The notes below the pieces were generated by a model. The model was not told the DNA's origin. It worked only from the letters and a program-made list of their open reading frames with translations, and searched no databases. A stretch of 64,000 bases of DNA from Nemertoderma westbladi. Its lineage: Eukaryota > Animalia > Xenacoelomorpha. The stretch is from NCBI GenBank assembly GCA_032718475.1, contig JAUCBJ010001686.1:14424-78423 (forward strand), given 5' to 3'. Shown in pieces: positions 24,510-36,865 of the stretch (its first letter is position 1; each line of letters opens with the position of its first letter). A program made the translations under genes and the position numbers.

Positions 24510-27100
24510 CAAATTGTATGTATTTAATTCCAAACATATGGAGTAAAATGAACAACATGGTTATTAAAAGTTTTACAAAATAAATAAAATAATATATAAA
24601 ATATTGTGCTATTAAAAAGTTTTATTTGGTTGTGGGGGGGGGGGGGGGGGGTCATTGGTTTAGGGTAAGGACCGCAAGAAACATCCCTGTACGGAGGCCC
24701 GAACTGGTTGCTGGGATACCCGGGCACATTGTATAGTGCTCCGAGCTGATTGCTGATTGGCCACACAATAAACAGCGACACTCCTCGATTGGCCGCCAAC
24801 AGTTCCGAGTGGCACATAGTTTATGATGGTAACCGTTGGCTACCAGCTGACCGGCTACCCGACGCCTATAACCAGTTAGATTGACCGGGTTAATAGCTGA
24901 GGAGTCGGGGTGGTCAATACTGGAAAGGATTGCGGTCGACGATGCGTATTTACTGATTCCAAACCAGAGTTTCCAATAAAACGCACGTATGCGGTGGATG
25001 TGGTCGAGTTCGATTATATTTGGTTCTGTAGCGAAAATGTTGCAGCCGTAAGAAACAGACGGTAGGACGATCGCTAGCCATATTTTCCTTGCTGTGGCAA
25101 TCGAAACAACGTTAAGTTTTACCTTTATTGCAATTCGCGTACAACAGGCAATCCCCTTGCGATACAGGTGGTCGTAATGGGACCTAGGTCCGTTTTTGGT
25201 TGATAGCGTCACACCGAGATATTCGAATGAAGGTTGAAACTCGATGGGGGAACCATTGTATATCAGAACATCGCTTCGAGCCAACCGGCCACCGTTGCGA
25301 AATTTAACAGCTTTGGTTTTAGATATGTTGACCTTTAGGTCGTTGACCTCGCAATATTCAGATAGTTTGTTTAGTCCATCCTGTACAACGCCTATGGATT
25401 CACCGGCAATAACGAGATCGTCTGCATACATAATTACCCAACAAGCTGCGATAGCAATGAATGCAGGTAGATCGGCGACGAGGAGGCTGAACAACAGGGG
25501 TGAGAGTCGGTCACCTTGAACAACTCCGATCGATTGACTTATTGGGTCCATGATATACGGTCCAATGCAGATACATACAAAGTTAACGGCAATGAGGGCC
25601 CATATCACACATATGAACTTCCTGCTAACTCCGTAACTGGACAGCTTCTTGCATAGGATCTCTCTGTTTACGGAGTCGAAAGCTTTAGAGAAATCCACGA
25701 ATACACAGTATAAATGTCCACCTGATGGTGATAGGGCTTCATTTATTCGGTCGTAGAGGCATTTAACGGCCATAATCGTAGATCTGGCTGTGCGGAAACC
25801 GTATTGTTGCTCTGGTAAGATACCGAATAGCTCGGCCCATTTATATAGTCTCGAGCTTAGTATGGCGGTATATGTTTTTAATAAACATGATAGAAGCGCT
25901 ATACCCCTATAGCTGTCGGGAGAGGATTTCGCTCCTTTCCCCTTGAACAGAGGGAGTAAATAGGAGGCGAGCCACGCAGTCGGGCAACTCGCTGTTGTGA
26001 AGCACAGCGAGAATAGTGCGAGTAGATATGGGAGGAGATGGCCGAAACCCCACTTCAGAGTTTCGTTGGTTACTCCATCGGGCCCGGCTGCTTTGTTTAG
26101 TTTCTGATTCGAGACCGCCGCGGTAATTTCCTCGGCTCTATTTTCAGGTAGGTCTGGCAGGTTCGGAGCGCGGGTTGCTGTCAGCAGTTTGCTGAAATGG
26201 GTAAGCCACGATTCTTGTGGAACTTGGTGTGCAACAGGTTTCGGTTGTGGACCTTTCAATATGTTCCAAAACGAGGTTTTGTCAGACTCACAGTCCTCGA
26301 TCAGTTTGTGTTCCTTCCTCGCCTGGAACAATTTTCTCTTGTTTGTTAACATGTGTTTGTATTCTCGATTCTGATCACTATAGGTTCTATATGTACAAAT
26401 TGATGGTCTATCTCGCATGGCATGTAGACTCGATGTCAGTTTCTTCCTTGCGGCATGACATTGTCTGTCAAACCAAGGTTTTGATTTTCGTGGGGTTGGT
26501 GTGGTTGAAGAGTTGATTATAGCTGATGTAATATATGAGCATGCAGAGTTGACTCCTTCATGAAGTGCCGATTGGAACTCGTCTGGATTTAACAATTCGC
26601 CTCGTTTGTCAACGTCTATTGACCTCACGGCTTTAGTTCTATGCTGAGGTTTAGTTACTTCTCCGAGCGGCAATTCTAAACATACCCGTTGATGTTTCGT
26701 AGTTATCGTAGGTTGTACTTTCAATAATATATCCTCTGCGAGTTCGCTCTCCGCGAATACAAGATCAATAGAACTACGTCCGTTCCAACAATAGTAGGTT
26801 GGAACGTCAGGATCATTCAGGCAATGTAGGCCGGCACCTAACAGGCCACTGCACAGCGTGTTGCCACGTTCAGCGGTTCCGTCGATACGACAGTTAAAGT
26901 CTCCTGCTAGGATGATTGGAAAATGGCAATTCGATCGAATCGTGTTTATGGCAGATACGAGTTCGAGTAATATTTCTGATGGGTCTGTATTCGGTGTGTA
27001 ATAACAGGCTACGACAACGAATTTATCAACCCGCACAGCTAGGAGAGTTTTGCTGTTTATAATTTGCTTTTGTGTTAACGAGTTTTTCCCATTTACAGAT
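24510..27100 (-). mobile_element. Non-LTR retrotransposon (APE-RT-CCHC, RTEX/L2-like), 5'-truncated, with an uninterrupted 794-aa ORF (24652-27036)
   Basis: EN motifs AGDFN and SSIDLVF; KPWFD; RT motifs YRGIALL, FVDFSKAFD, QGDRLSP, YADD; C-terminal CLLC...H...C. Clade call is tentative. Confidence 0.85.
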
Positions 27101-27104
27101 TACA

Positions 27105-27600
27105 AATTAGTAAATATGGGACATAAAATTATATATAAAATTAATTAGTAAATATGGGACATAAAATAATATATAAAATTAATTAGTAAATATGGGACAT
27201 AAAATAATATATAAAATAAATTAGTAAATATGGGACATAAAATAATATATAAAATTAATTAGTAAATATGGGACATAAAATAATATATAAAATAAATTAG
27301 TAAATATGGGACATAAAATAATATATAAAATTAATTAGTAAATATGGGACATAAAATAATATATAAAATTAATTAGTAAATATGGGACATAAAATTATAT
27401 ATAAAATAAATTAGTAAATATGGGACATAAAATAATATATAAAATTAATTAGTAAATATGGGACATAAAATAATATATAAAATTAATTAGTAAATATGGG
27501 ACATAAAATAATATATAAAATAAATTAGTAAATATGGGACATAAAATAATATATAAAATAAATTAGTAAATATGGGACATAAAATAATATATAAAATTAA
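27105..27600. repeat. 38-bp minisatellite, right arm
   Basis: Same unit as 24070-24509, ~13 copies. Confidence 0.93.
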
Positions 27601-27604
27601 ACAA

Positions 27605-29480
27605 GAGGATGAAGTTGACCGCCGCGTGACCTCAATCTTGCGTCCACTGGCTGAGTGACTTCATGTTTCCTCGGCATTCAAGAAGGTGGTAGATATTTGG
27701 AACATCGCCACATAGCTTACAGACACAATCATCACCCGGAGAATGATACGATGAGATCGTGCAGTACTTATGGTGGAATCCATGAATGGCGAACCTAGTG
27801 ATCATGTGTCTGCTTGTAGAGATGGGATCGGTCCATTGTCTGTCTCTGAACGCAATCGATGAAAATAATTCTGATGAAATTGACATATATTTCTCAGTAA
27901 TTACATCTAAGTATTTTTGATATTCAGAGGTATGTGGAAGACTTAATTTCCGGACGATTTCTTCAACCAGCTGTTTTTCTTCGCAGACAGCCAAGACCAG
28001 TCGATTTTTCGTCGTTTGTGTACTCTGATTACTTTCTTTAAGTAAGATGCCTTAATTATATCAATATCGTGCATATTTCTTGCCGATAGGAATGGCCAGA
28101 TTTCTCGAAATCCGTACTCAATTACAGGTTGAACTTTCAGATGGAATAGCGCAATGGCAGTATTGAGCGAGAGTAAATGAGGATTATTTATGGAATGTAC
28201 TGCTTTTATCGCTTTACATATGAGAGCGAGTATATGCTTAATAAAATTGACTGTCGTCTGGAATACTACACCTAGGTATTGATAAGAGTTAGATATAGAT
28301 ATTGTTTGTCCGTTAAAGTATAACTTGACATCGGCGCACAAACGTCCACCTCGCCGGAATTTTATAACCGATGTTTTGTCCAAGTTAACGGATAAATCAT
28401 TTTAACGCACCAGGCTGCAGTGGCATCAAGACCAGCTTGAATTACATCCCTGGAGTCACTATAAAAGCAAATATCATTATTTCACCAATGTGTAAAGATG
28501 ATAGAAAAAATAAAGTATTGAGGGTCTTTAGCTGACAGACAGACGGACATGCCCCATTAGCCCTATATGAACCGTATGCCAAGGCTCGCCGACTACGTGT
28601 CTCGCCCCACATACACGTTAACCTTTCTGGGATTCACCTATCAGGTATTCCCCTTTAAAACTTATATATATATATATAGACCCCCACCTTTTCCTGTTAG
28701 TTGCCAGTACATAGTCTGATGCAGACCGGTAGGTCGAAAACGTTTCCTATTGTATCTTTATCTAATATAATATAACCAGCTTAAGACCCTCAATACTTTA
28801 TTTTTTCTATCATCTTTACACTATGCTGCCGCTGGTGAATGCCTACCACTTCATCCGTTCGTTTTATTTCACCAATGTACTTCGCAAATCTCTTAATATA
28901 ATAGACCAGATCATATGTATAAAATAAATAAAAACGGGCTTAAGGAGTCTCCCTGTAGTAGACCTCTAGTTTGCTGGATAACTTTGGATTTCCGGAGTCC
29001 ATCATAGATTTGAATGAAGTTTAAATTCAGAATTGCTATAATAATGTTAAGTAATTTTCCTCGAATGTTGAAAGAATTTTTTAATTTAAGTAACAATTTA
29101 TATCGCGGGACGGAGTCGAATGCCTTCCTAAAGTCTATGAACGCCCAGTAGAGAGGCTTTCTGGGTGTGGAGAGATTTAAATGAATTCTATTTATAAGTT
29201 AAGCCAGTGGCGCCGTGGTCCATTTTCCAGGCATAAACCCAAATTGTTCGATCGGGATCTTGTGAGATAGTAACTTTCTCAAGCGAGTTCCAATGAGGCC
29301 TGTAAATACCTTATAAACGATTGTACAGTAGTGAAATTCCTCTATATGCATCGGGATCGAAGCGCGAACCTTTTCCTTTAAAAAGGACTTTCATGAGGCT
29401 TGTTTTCCAGTAAGTCACCAGAGTTCCGGTGGATACAATCGCGTCGAACATTGCGGTTAGAATAAACAATATAACTGGGA
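27605..29480 (-). mobile_element. Older, decayed non-LTR retrotransposon related to 24510-27100
   Basis: Fragments QGDSLSPFLF, KTSVIKFRRGGRL, YQYLGV and C-terminal CKLC...HLLEC; many stops. Confidence 0.75.
28492..28863 (+). mobile_element. Small non-autonomous insert with a 45-bp inverted repeat, 15-bp TSD and a degenerate hammerhead (Penelope-like)
   Basis: TSD ttatttcaccaatgt (28477-28491 and 28864-28878); inverted repeat 28490-28534 versus 28777-28821; hammerhead-like motif 28708-28754. Confidence 0.65.
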
Positions 29481-29489
29481 GGGCGGTTT

Positions 29490-30750
29490 TCAGTACTTAA
29501 ATAAGTGGTCGAAAGGTATCTTCTTCTTTTTGAGATGGAGTTTCAACTTCTCGGGAGTAGTTTTGGGTTTCAACCAACCGACTCTGATATGGTATCGGGG
29601 GGCGGTCCTAGCTACTGCTTCGAGGCCTGCAGAGGTTTCCGAACCTGCCGAGCCTGTTGCTACGAGTACTGGCCAATGAGCTGATACTCTTTTCGGGTTC
29701 TGGTTTCCCGGGCTGGTGGCCGAGGTAGCATTCTGGTGAGACTTTTCTGATTGAGGGTGATCGGGTACTGTACTCGGCTGACTCTGCAATCGACCACGTA
29801 CCCTCCTACGTTTGGATGGATCTATCCATTCGTTCGGTTGGGGTTTGGAGATGTTCGGATCATCAGGATCGAGGTTGGAATTTGAACCAGATGAAGCTGA
29901 GGTTGGAATAGAACCGGTAGACACCGGCGGCGACGGCCTACTGCCGCTAGGGCGAGGTGTCGATTTCGGCTGCGTTTTCCCACTCACTTCACCTCTAATA
30001 CAGATAGTTTCACGGTGAGCTTGCACTGTCTCTTGGCGAGCATCTGCTATTCGGCCAATGGCCATGGTAAACAGAGCGCTCCGCTCATCTTATATAAGAA
30101 ATCGGTTATTGACTTCTCCTCATCGATTGACATGCTTTTCTTTTGCTTCGTCGTGCGGACCAGCGCAAGAACCTCGCTTTTTTGCAGAGTTAGGTAATCG
30201 TCCACACAGGACTCCATCTCATCATATAATTAATATGTTAGCCTACTGCTGTACTGCAGTGTGTAATTTGTCAACCGTTCAGTGGTTGTCCTGTCAACCG
30301 TTCAGCGGTTGTACCGTAAAAACCGCAATTAGCGTGGGATGATATTTTTCGCATTTATTTTTCCCTATATGAGAGGAGTTCTTTGTCTCTCTAGTCGCAA
30401 TATTTTATCCCCGTAGTTCCTTGGACAAACTGTTGTAGTGCCGTGCTGCACATTGTCCGCAGTAGAAATCTACGCGCCCCCATTGGGTTCCTGATTTAGC
30501 AATACAAATGACCGATACCGCACAAGCGGAACCCGAGCAGCCGACCTCGAACTCCGTATCTCCATCAGTATGTGCACCAGATACTGCTGCGCTATACAAC
30601 GAATTCGTTTGTTGCTTTAGTCCAGAGATGCTTAGACGAGATGCACCCCCGGATGCTGTATTCCCGCGTCGCTTAGCCGAGATGCACCCCCGGATGACCA
30701 TGGATATTCCCGTGTCGTGGTTTGTCGGTTTGCGACGACTTTAGTAATAT
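29490..30750 (-). mobile_element. Possible LINE ORF1/5' region remnant
   Basis: Pro/Ser-rich ORF ending in RRM-like IRVGWLKPKTTPEKLKLHL, with a Cys-rich upstream fragment (FYCGQC); lies 5' of the decayed RT. Confidence 0.35.
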
Positions 30751-30934
30751 TAACTTTATAGTCGATACATAACGGTTGAATTCGTGTAAATTTCCCTAAA
30801 ACGTTATTCTAATCAAAACATTTTAAAGAAATTAAGACAAAGTTTGGTACTGAACAATGTGAAAGTACTGATATCATGACGACTATCTGTTTCAAATATC
30901 CTATCCACACCATATCCCCACTAAAGTGCCCGGA

Positions 30935-31183
30935 TATACAGTAACTGTAAATGGAGTAATAATCCTTACCGTAATAAAATTAAGAGTACAGTAACTTCTA
31001 TATCGGGTAATAATCCTTACCGTAATAAAATAAAGTGTACATCAACTGTATATCGGGTAATAATCCTTACTGTAATAAAATAAAGTGTACAGTAACTGTA
31101 TATCGGGTAATAATCCTTACCGTAATAAAATAAAGTGTACAGTAACTGTATATCGGGTAATTATCCTTACCGTAATAAAATAA
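30935..31183. repeat. About 5 copies of a 50-bp tandem repeat containing the exon end and donor
   Basis: ccttaccgtaataaaata recurs with donor G at 31170, 31120, 31070, 31020 and 30969. Confidence 0.92.
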
Positions 31184-31373
31184 CCACATCCCATTGTTTT
31201 GAATATCTTATCGATTGAAGCATTTGATGGTAATGTGCAGTTGAATATATTAAATTGTCTCTTTAAACGCTGGGGAATATCGTTGCGACCTCCACCCGGC
31301 TGTATCATCGCCGCTACATACTGTATATCAACGATATTTGTGAACTCTCCTGGTTTCTCCAAGTTATAGAATC
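31171..31373 (-). CDS. DNAH5: Dynein heavy chain exon
   Basis: [11 protein letters not shown]...[21 protein letters not shown]...GCGYFIT; acceptor cctacag, donor ACG|gtaagg. Confidence 0.94.
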
Positions 31374-31573
31374 CTGTAGGTGTAATAAAGTTTATAAGGA
31401 ACATTAATAACTCGGTACAACCCAAGGTGACCTTGGTAAAACCCCCTTACATAGTGGGACGATATCTGCCACCACAACCGCATGGAGCTGGACATTTTTA
31501 AACGAAGACTAAAACATTTTGTTCTCTTCATTATTCAAGATATTTTACTTCTATATAATATATTTCTCACGCG

Positions 31574-33200
31574 CTACTACTAAGATCGGCATGCTGCATT
31601 ACAGCTGCATTTTTATGAATGCTGTGCCGACTTGTCGACAAAATTGCGCCGCCACAACTCCCTATCATCCATGACATTTGCTAGATCATCCGCATCTTCA
31701 AGGCCAGTGTCCTTTAAGATGCGTCTCAAGAAAGTCAAGGGCTGTCTACCATGCTTATTCACTCCATGAGGCTGCCAAAGTACAAGATTATGTACTGGCT
31801 GGTCCTCACGGCGAAAGCAATGTCCTGCAAAGCGGAGGCGATTTTGTTCTAGTGTCAAGCTTGGGGCAACCAATGAGACACCTCCAATGTTATATAGTGT
31901 CTGGTTGGAGATGTGTGCATTGTACTTGATACAATGAACCCGGCGTAGCATTCTTGTGAATGTGCCATCCAGAGATTTGGTGTCCTCAGCAGTTAGAGCC
32001 CAGCATGGACTCCCGTAGAGGTGTACTGGAACTACTGCTGCTCTAAATAATCGGACCTTAAGTTTCCGATTAATTCTCGGTGACTTCCAAATCCTGGAAA
32101 GCCTATTCAAGGCTGCCCATGCCTTTCCTTTACGTATTCGAAGGTTCTCACCTGACTTCCGGTTCCATGATCCCAGGTAACAGAAGTCATCCACATGCTC
32201 AAGCATACCATCCTTTGAGCTTATGGTCATCCGGTCAGAGACTTGTTGATGACTTTCAAAGTTAACTGTCAAAATGTTGGTCTTTCTGGAGTTAATAAAA
32301 AGACCAACACTAGAAGCAGCCTGTTCTAATGAGCTGGGGAGCCGTTGGGCTCCCCCTAATGATTCTGAGAGTACTCCTAGGTCATCAGCAAAGTCTAGAT
32401 CAGTTAGGTACTTGGCAGGATTTCCTCGACTTCTGGAGCCAGTAGGTGGAGTTATCATCACCCCATCCTCATTATGATGATCTAAGGACATGCGTAGAAC
32501 ATAGTCAACCACAATAATGAACAAGAATGGTGCAAGTGTGTCTCCCTGGAGGACGCCCCATAACACTTCAAATGGTTCTGTGTCACCGTCAACAGTAGAC
32601 ACAAATGTTGTCGAACCATCGTATACTGATCTGATTGCTGCAATAATTTCATCAGGAATCCCATATAATGAAAGTATGCTGAACATACGTGAGCGAGAGA
32701 CTGAATCAAACGCCTTGAAGAAGTCAACAAAGATAACAGCCAGATGCCTGTCTTTCTTTTTTGATAACTCTTCAATTATACTTCTAAGTGCCAAAATGGG
32801 CTCCATGGTCCCACGACCTTTACGGAATCCATTCTGAGTGTTAGGTTGCCCTTCTTGGGAACTGGCACCAACTTATTTGTTTTCATTTCTTGTGGGACTC
32901 TTGTTGTTCGGTACATGTCTACTATGATGGGATAGATGAGCTTTAAACACTGAGGTATTTTAAAGACCTCAGGACGAACACCATCTACTCCACTGGCACG
33001 ATTGGTCTTAATGCTCTTTGCAGCAGCCTTCATTTCTGCAAAGGAGATATCGCCAATGGGAATATCTGGGAGTACAGACTCAGACGCTTTTACTTCTATA
33101 AAGTTATCAGGCAATACCCTGTCATTATTGAGGAGCCTTTCAAAGTGGGCCTTCCAACCATTGAGGCGATCGGCTGGTGATTCAGTCTTAACCTTGGACG
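31574..33200 (-). mobile_element. RTE-like family A copy, 5'-truncated with an internal deletion
   Basis: 397-aa RT ORF (DFADD) plus a 145-aa upstream ORF; deletion near 32835; (TAG)n tail at 31574. Confidence 0.92.
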
Positions 33201-34049
33201 CCTTAACGGGCACTTGGCGAATAAAACCAGATCTAACTTACGGGACGGAGAATGGGGTGATTTTTTCTTCATTTTTTTTTAAACTGTTTACGCCAGACTG
33301 ACTGGCATTTAATTTATTATAATCAAAATTACTAAAATCACACAGCATTATAACGCAGTATAAACACTGAAATAAAACGGGCCGTGCACAACAAATAAAA
33401 GTAATGAGTCTAGTAAAAGACCACTGGCAACTTGTGAAACCTCGTGGAGCACATAATGACACAGAGAAAAAAAATTACGGTTATTAAAAGTTTATCAATA
33501 CACAAGGATTAAATAATGGGTGGTTTGAATAAAAACCAAATAATTGGTGGATTAAAATTTGCTCTGTCTAGAAGCAAAAAAATGGAACAAAAACAATAAC
33601 AGGAGCAATAAAGATCCTGTAAAATTAAAATAGTAGAGAATTATTATCATGAAAATTAAACTGAGGTACCCGGATTTAAAGTAAGTTGTGGTGCTCATAA
33701 TTAATTGTGGAGTGAGAAAATTCGATGATTAAAGTTAAACTATTTCACAGCAAAATTTAAAATATATAGTCACACATTTAGGTAGAAGGATTAAAATAAT
33801 CACTGTCTACAAGCAATCATGTCATCATGGTACGGCTATTTACACAACTCATAAACCAAGAAAAAAAAATTAAAACGATATAATAATAATAAGAGGGAAG
33901 CGAAATATTATATTATAGACCGAAATATTGTGAGACCCAGCTGTGACGAACTGAGAATGGTACACTAAGGCTATGACAAGCAGCAATGTGGTCACTGCTC
34001 ATACGTTCCTCTATGGAGAGCTCACCGGAATTGAGATGAGCAAGGATTG

Positions 34050-34675
34050 ATCTAGCCGATTATCTATTAGATAGAAGATAATTTAAGGATGGAACCGGGA
34101 AGTTTGCAAGGCATTTGCTGAAGACGGAACCCAAACCAGCATAGAGAGTTGGATCAGACAAGTAGACATTTTCCCGAAGTAGACATCGCAATAATCTGTT
34201 CAGCATGATGTTTGTGCAATAATGAAGCCGATGAAGTATCCTGATGCACTCGCGATACGCCTCAGTTGCAAGTTCTTGACAACCCAACATTGAGTAAACT
34301 ATCGAGTTGGACACGTACGGACCAACATAAAAACCACGGACTATACGGTACGCAATCTCTAGATAGATCCTTGATCTGTGTGGAGCTGAAAGATCCCAAC
34401 CCAAATCGTAACGTATACATCACAGCAGGAAGGGCGATTGTCCGCCAGAGGTATCCCACAGTGTGTACACTTAAACGATGAACCGTCCAACCATTTCTGT
34501 GGAATCTGTCGGCCAATGCATAAAGCTTCTGTATACATTGTTAAAAGCGAATTGTGGATGGCATGATGACCAGAAAACCCAGAAAGGTGAAAGTCTCCGA
34601 GGGTGGTATTAAGTTGTTACCAAACTTCAGGAAGGTAGGGATAGAGGCCAATTTGCCTAATTTGGCTCCAAAATC
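34050..34675 (-). mobile_element. Decayed LINE 3' fragment (post-RT region)
   Basis: FTFLGF...YLWRTIALPAVMY-like remnants across broken frames. Confidence 0.4.
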
Positions 34676-36865
34676 TGTTATGATATATGAAAATGCAGTT
34701 TAGGTATGCAGGTTCTATATATTAGGCTGGATTATACAACACTGTAGTATGATAAGAAAGACACAAGCAGAATGTATTGACATGCAGATAAGACAAGTAC
34801 TGAAGTACGACACAAGTACAATACTAGAGTACCGGTATTGTATATGATTGACAGTTACAATATCAGGGACGACCTAACTAGATATAAGATATAAGTACAT
34901 GTAAATATTGAATATATGAAATCACATCAACTCCCCTATCGAGATGAAATGTTTCTTTTCAGTTAATTACCTTCAGTTCATTGTTCCAGTTATTTACTTT
35001 CGGTTTAGAAATCGTAAAGCTGTTAATTAAATCCGAAATAGTTTGGAGCTTTCCTTAATCGGGAACTTTATGGCGAGTAGGTGGCGAGTTACTGTCATAT
35101 TCATGCTCGGTGAGGTTGTCATGAAATTTAACTCGTGGGGTGGACGGAGGATTCAGTGTACGAGAATCATCAGTGGGCACCTTCCCTCCAGAATCTTGAT
35201 TGGTAGGATCGATACGGGCGCGTATATGACGGCGGTTGCGCCACAGTGATCTACCAGACAACAGTTTCACAAGGTAGTTTCTTCCTTGTCTTTCTATTAC
35301 TGTACCATGTTGTGACCATCGTTTTGTAGAATGATTTTGAAACCATACACTTTGGCCAATGGTTAAGGGTGTCAAAGGTCGGCGTAATTCGTTCTTTGTA
35401 GCGGTGTTTGTAGATTCGGACTGTGATTCATGAGTGTCATCGAGCCATTTAGAGGCAAAGGCTGATATATGACAAGGCACAATGGAACGTAAAGGGCGGC
35501 CGAAAATTAATTGTGCTAGTGAGTATCCGGAAGTACGCGGAGTATTGCGAAATTCTAGCAATCCAAGATGGAAGTTATCACTATGAATGTCACCACCTGT
35601 GGTGGCAATCAGGTGTTTCATGGATTTTACAGCCGATTCGGCCAGACCATTGCTGGATGGGAAATGAGGCATGGATTGCACATGGTCAAATTTCCAATTG
35701 CTGGCAAAGGCTTTGAATGTTGATGATGTAAATTGGGGTCCTCCATCTGACCTGAATTTAACAGGAATGCCTGTGGCAGTAAAAAAATGCTTTAAAACAT
35801 TTACAACTTTAGCGGAGTCTGGTTCATGCAAAAATTCTGCTACCTCTGGCCAACCTGAATAACGATCTACATATATGAGATATGCTTTCCCACCATGGTG
35901 ACCTATATCGGCAGCGGTTTGTTCAAAAGGTCGAGAAGGGGGTGGGTCCCTAAGAAGCGGCTCGGCTGGTAAGGATGCCCGCCGTTCTTGGCATGGTTGA
36001 CACATGCCAACTACATTAATGATGTCTGCGGACAGACCGGGCCAATATACGGTAAGCCGAGCACGCCGTTTGGTACGCTCAGTACCCTGATGAGATGCAT
36101 GCAGGCGTCTTAATACTTCCTTTCTTTGACATTTTGGAATAATAATTCGGGAATCAAAGAGGGCTAGACCGTTATCTGTTGATAGATTGTCAGTTAAGCT
36201 GTAATAAGGAAGGAGGTATGCTGGTGCATCTTTCTTTTCAGGGAAACCGCGTTCTATAGATTGTACCAGCTCGCAATAGTCTGAATCACTGGCAGCTGAA
36301 TTGCGGAGTTTAGTTAATATTGGATGCGTGAGTGAGGTCATTCCTGGTGGATCTTCATCCTCATCAATCTGTTGCCCTATTGCGAATATATGAGCACAGA
36401 TAAGATGTTGTAGTTCATCTTCAGCTAATTTGTCTTCCTCACTGGGCCCTTGAACATGAACAGGGACGTGATGCATCAGGAATATGATGGTTAGCTCCAC
36501 TCTACCATTCGGTAACAAATGTGTAAGGTATAAGTTTCTCCTTCATTCTAAGCAATCGTGGATTGTCAATTGATGATAATGATTTATCATTCAATATTGG
36601 TATCAATGGTTTGTGATCTGTGAGTAAATTTAAGTTTATTCCCAGTAGGTATAACCGACATTTCTGTACGGCATACACGATGGCCAACATTTCCAATTCA
36701 ACCATCGCATATCGCGATTCCGTATCTGAGATAAATCTAGATCCACACTGAACGAGATGCAATCAATTACAGTGTCTCTGCAAAAGAGCAAACCCAAGTC
36801 CCTTGGTTCGGGAGGCGTCAGTTTGCAGGACAGTTGGAAGGTGGGGGTCAAATGGCTGGAGCACA
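34676..36865 (-). mobile_element. Gypsy (Mag-like) LTR retrotransposon 3' half: RNase H, integrase, PPT and 3' LTR (34676-34926)
   Basis: RNase H SRYAMVELEMLAI, TDHKPL; integrase HASHQG...YWPG...CQPC, SDGGPQF, SNGLAE; purine tract AGGGGAG before an LTR with TG...CA ends. Confidence 0.88.
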
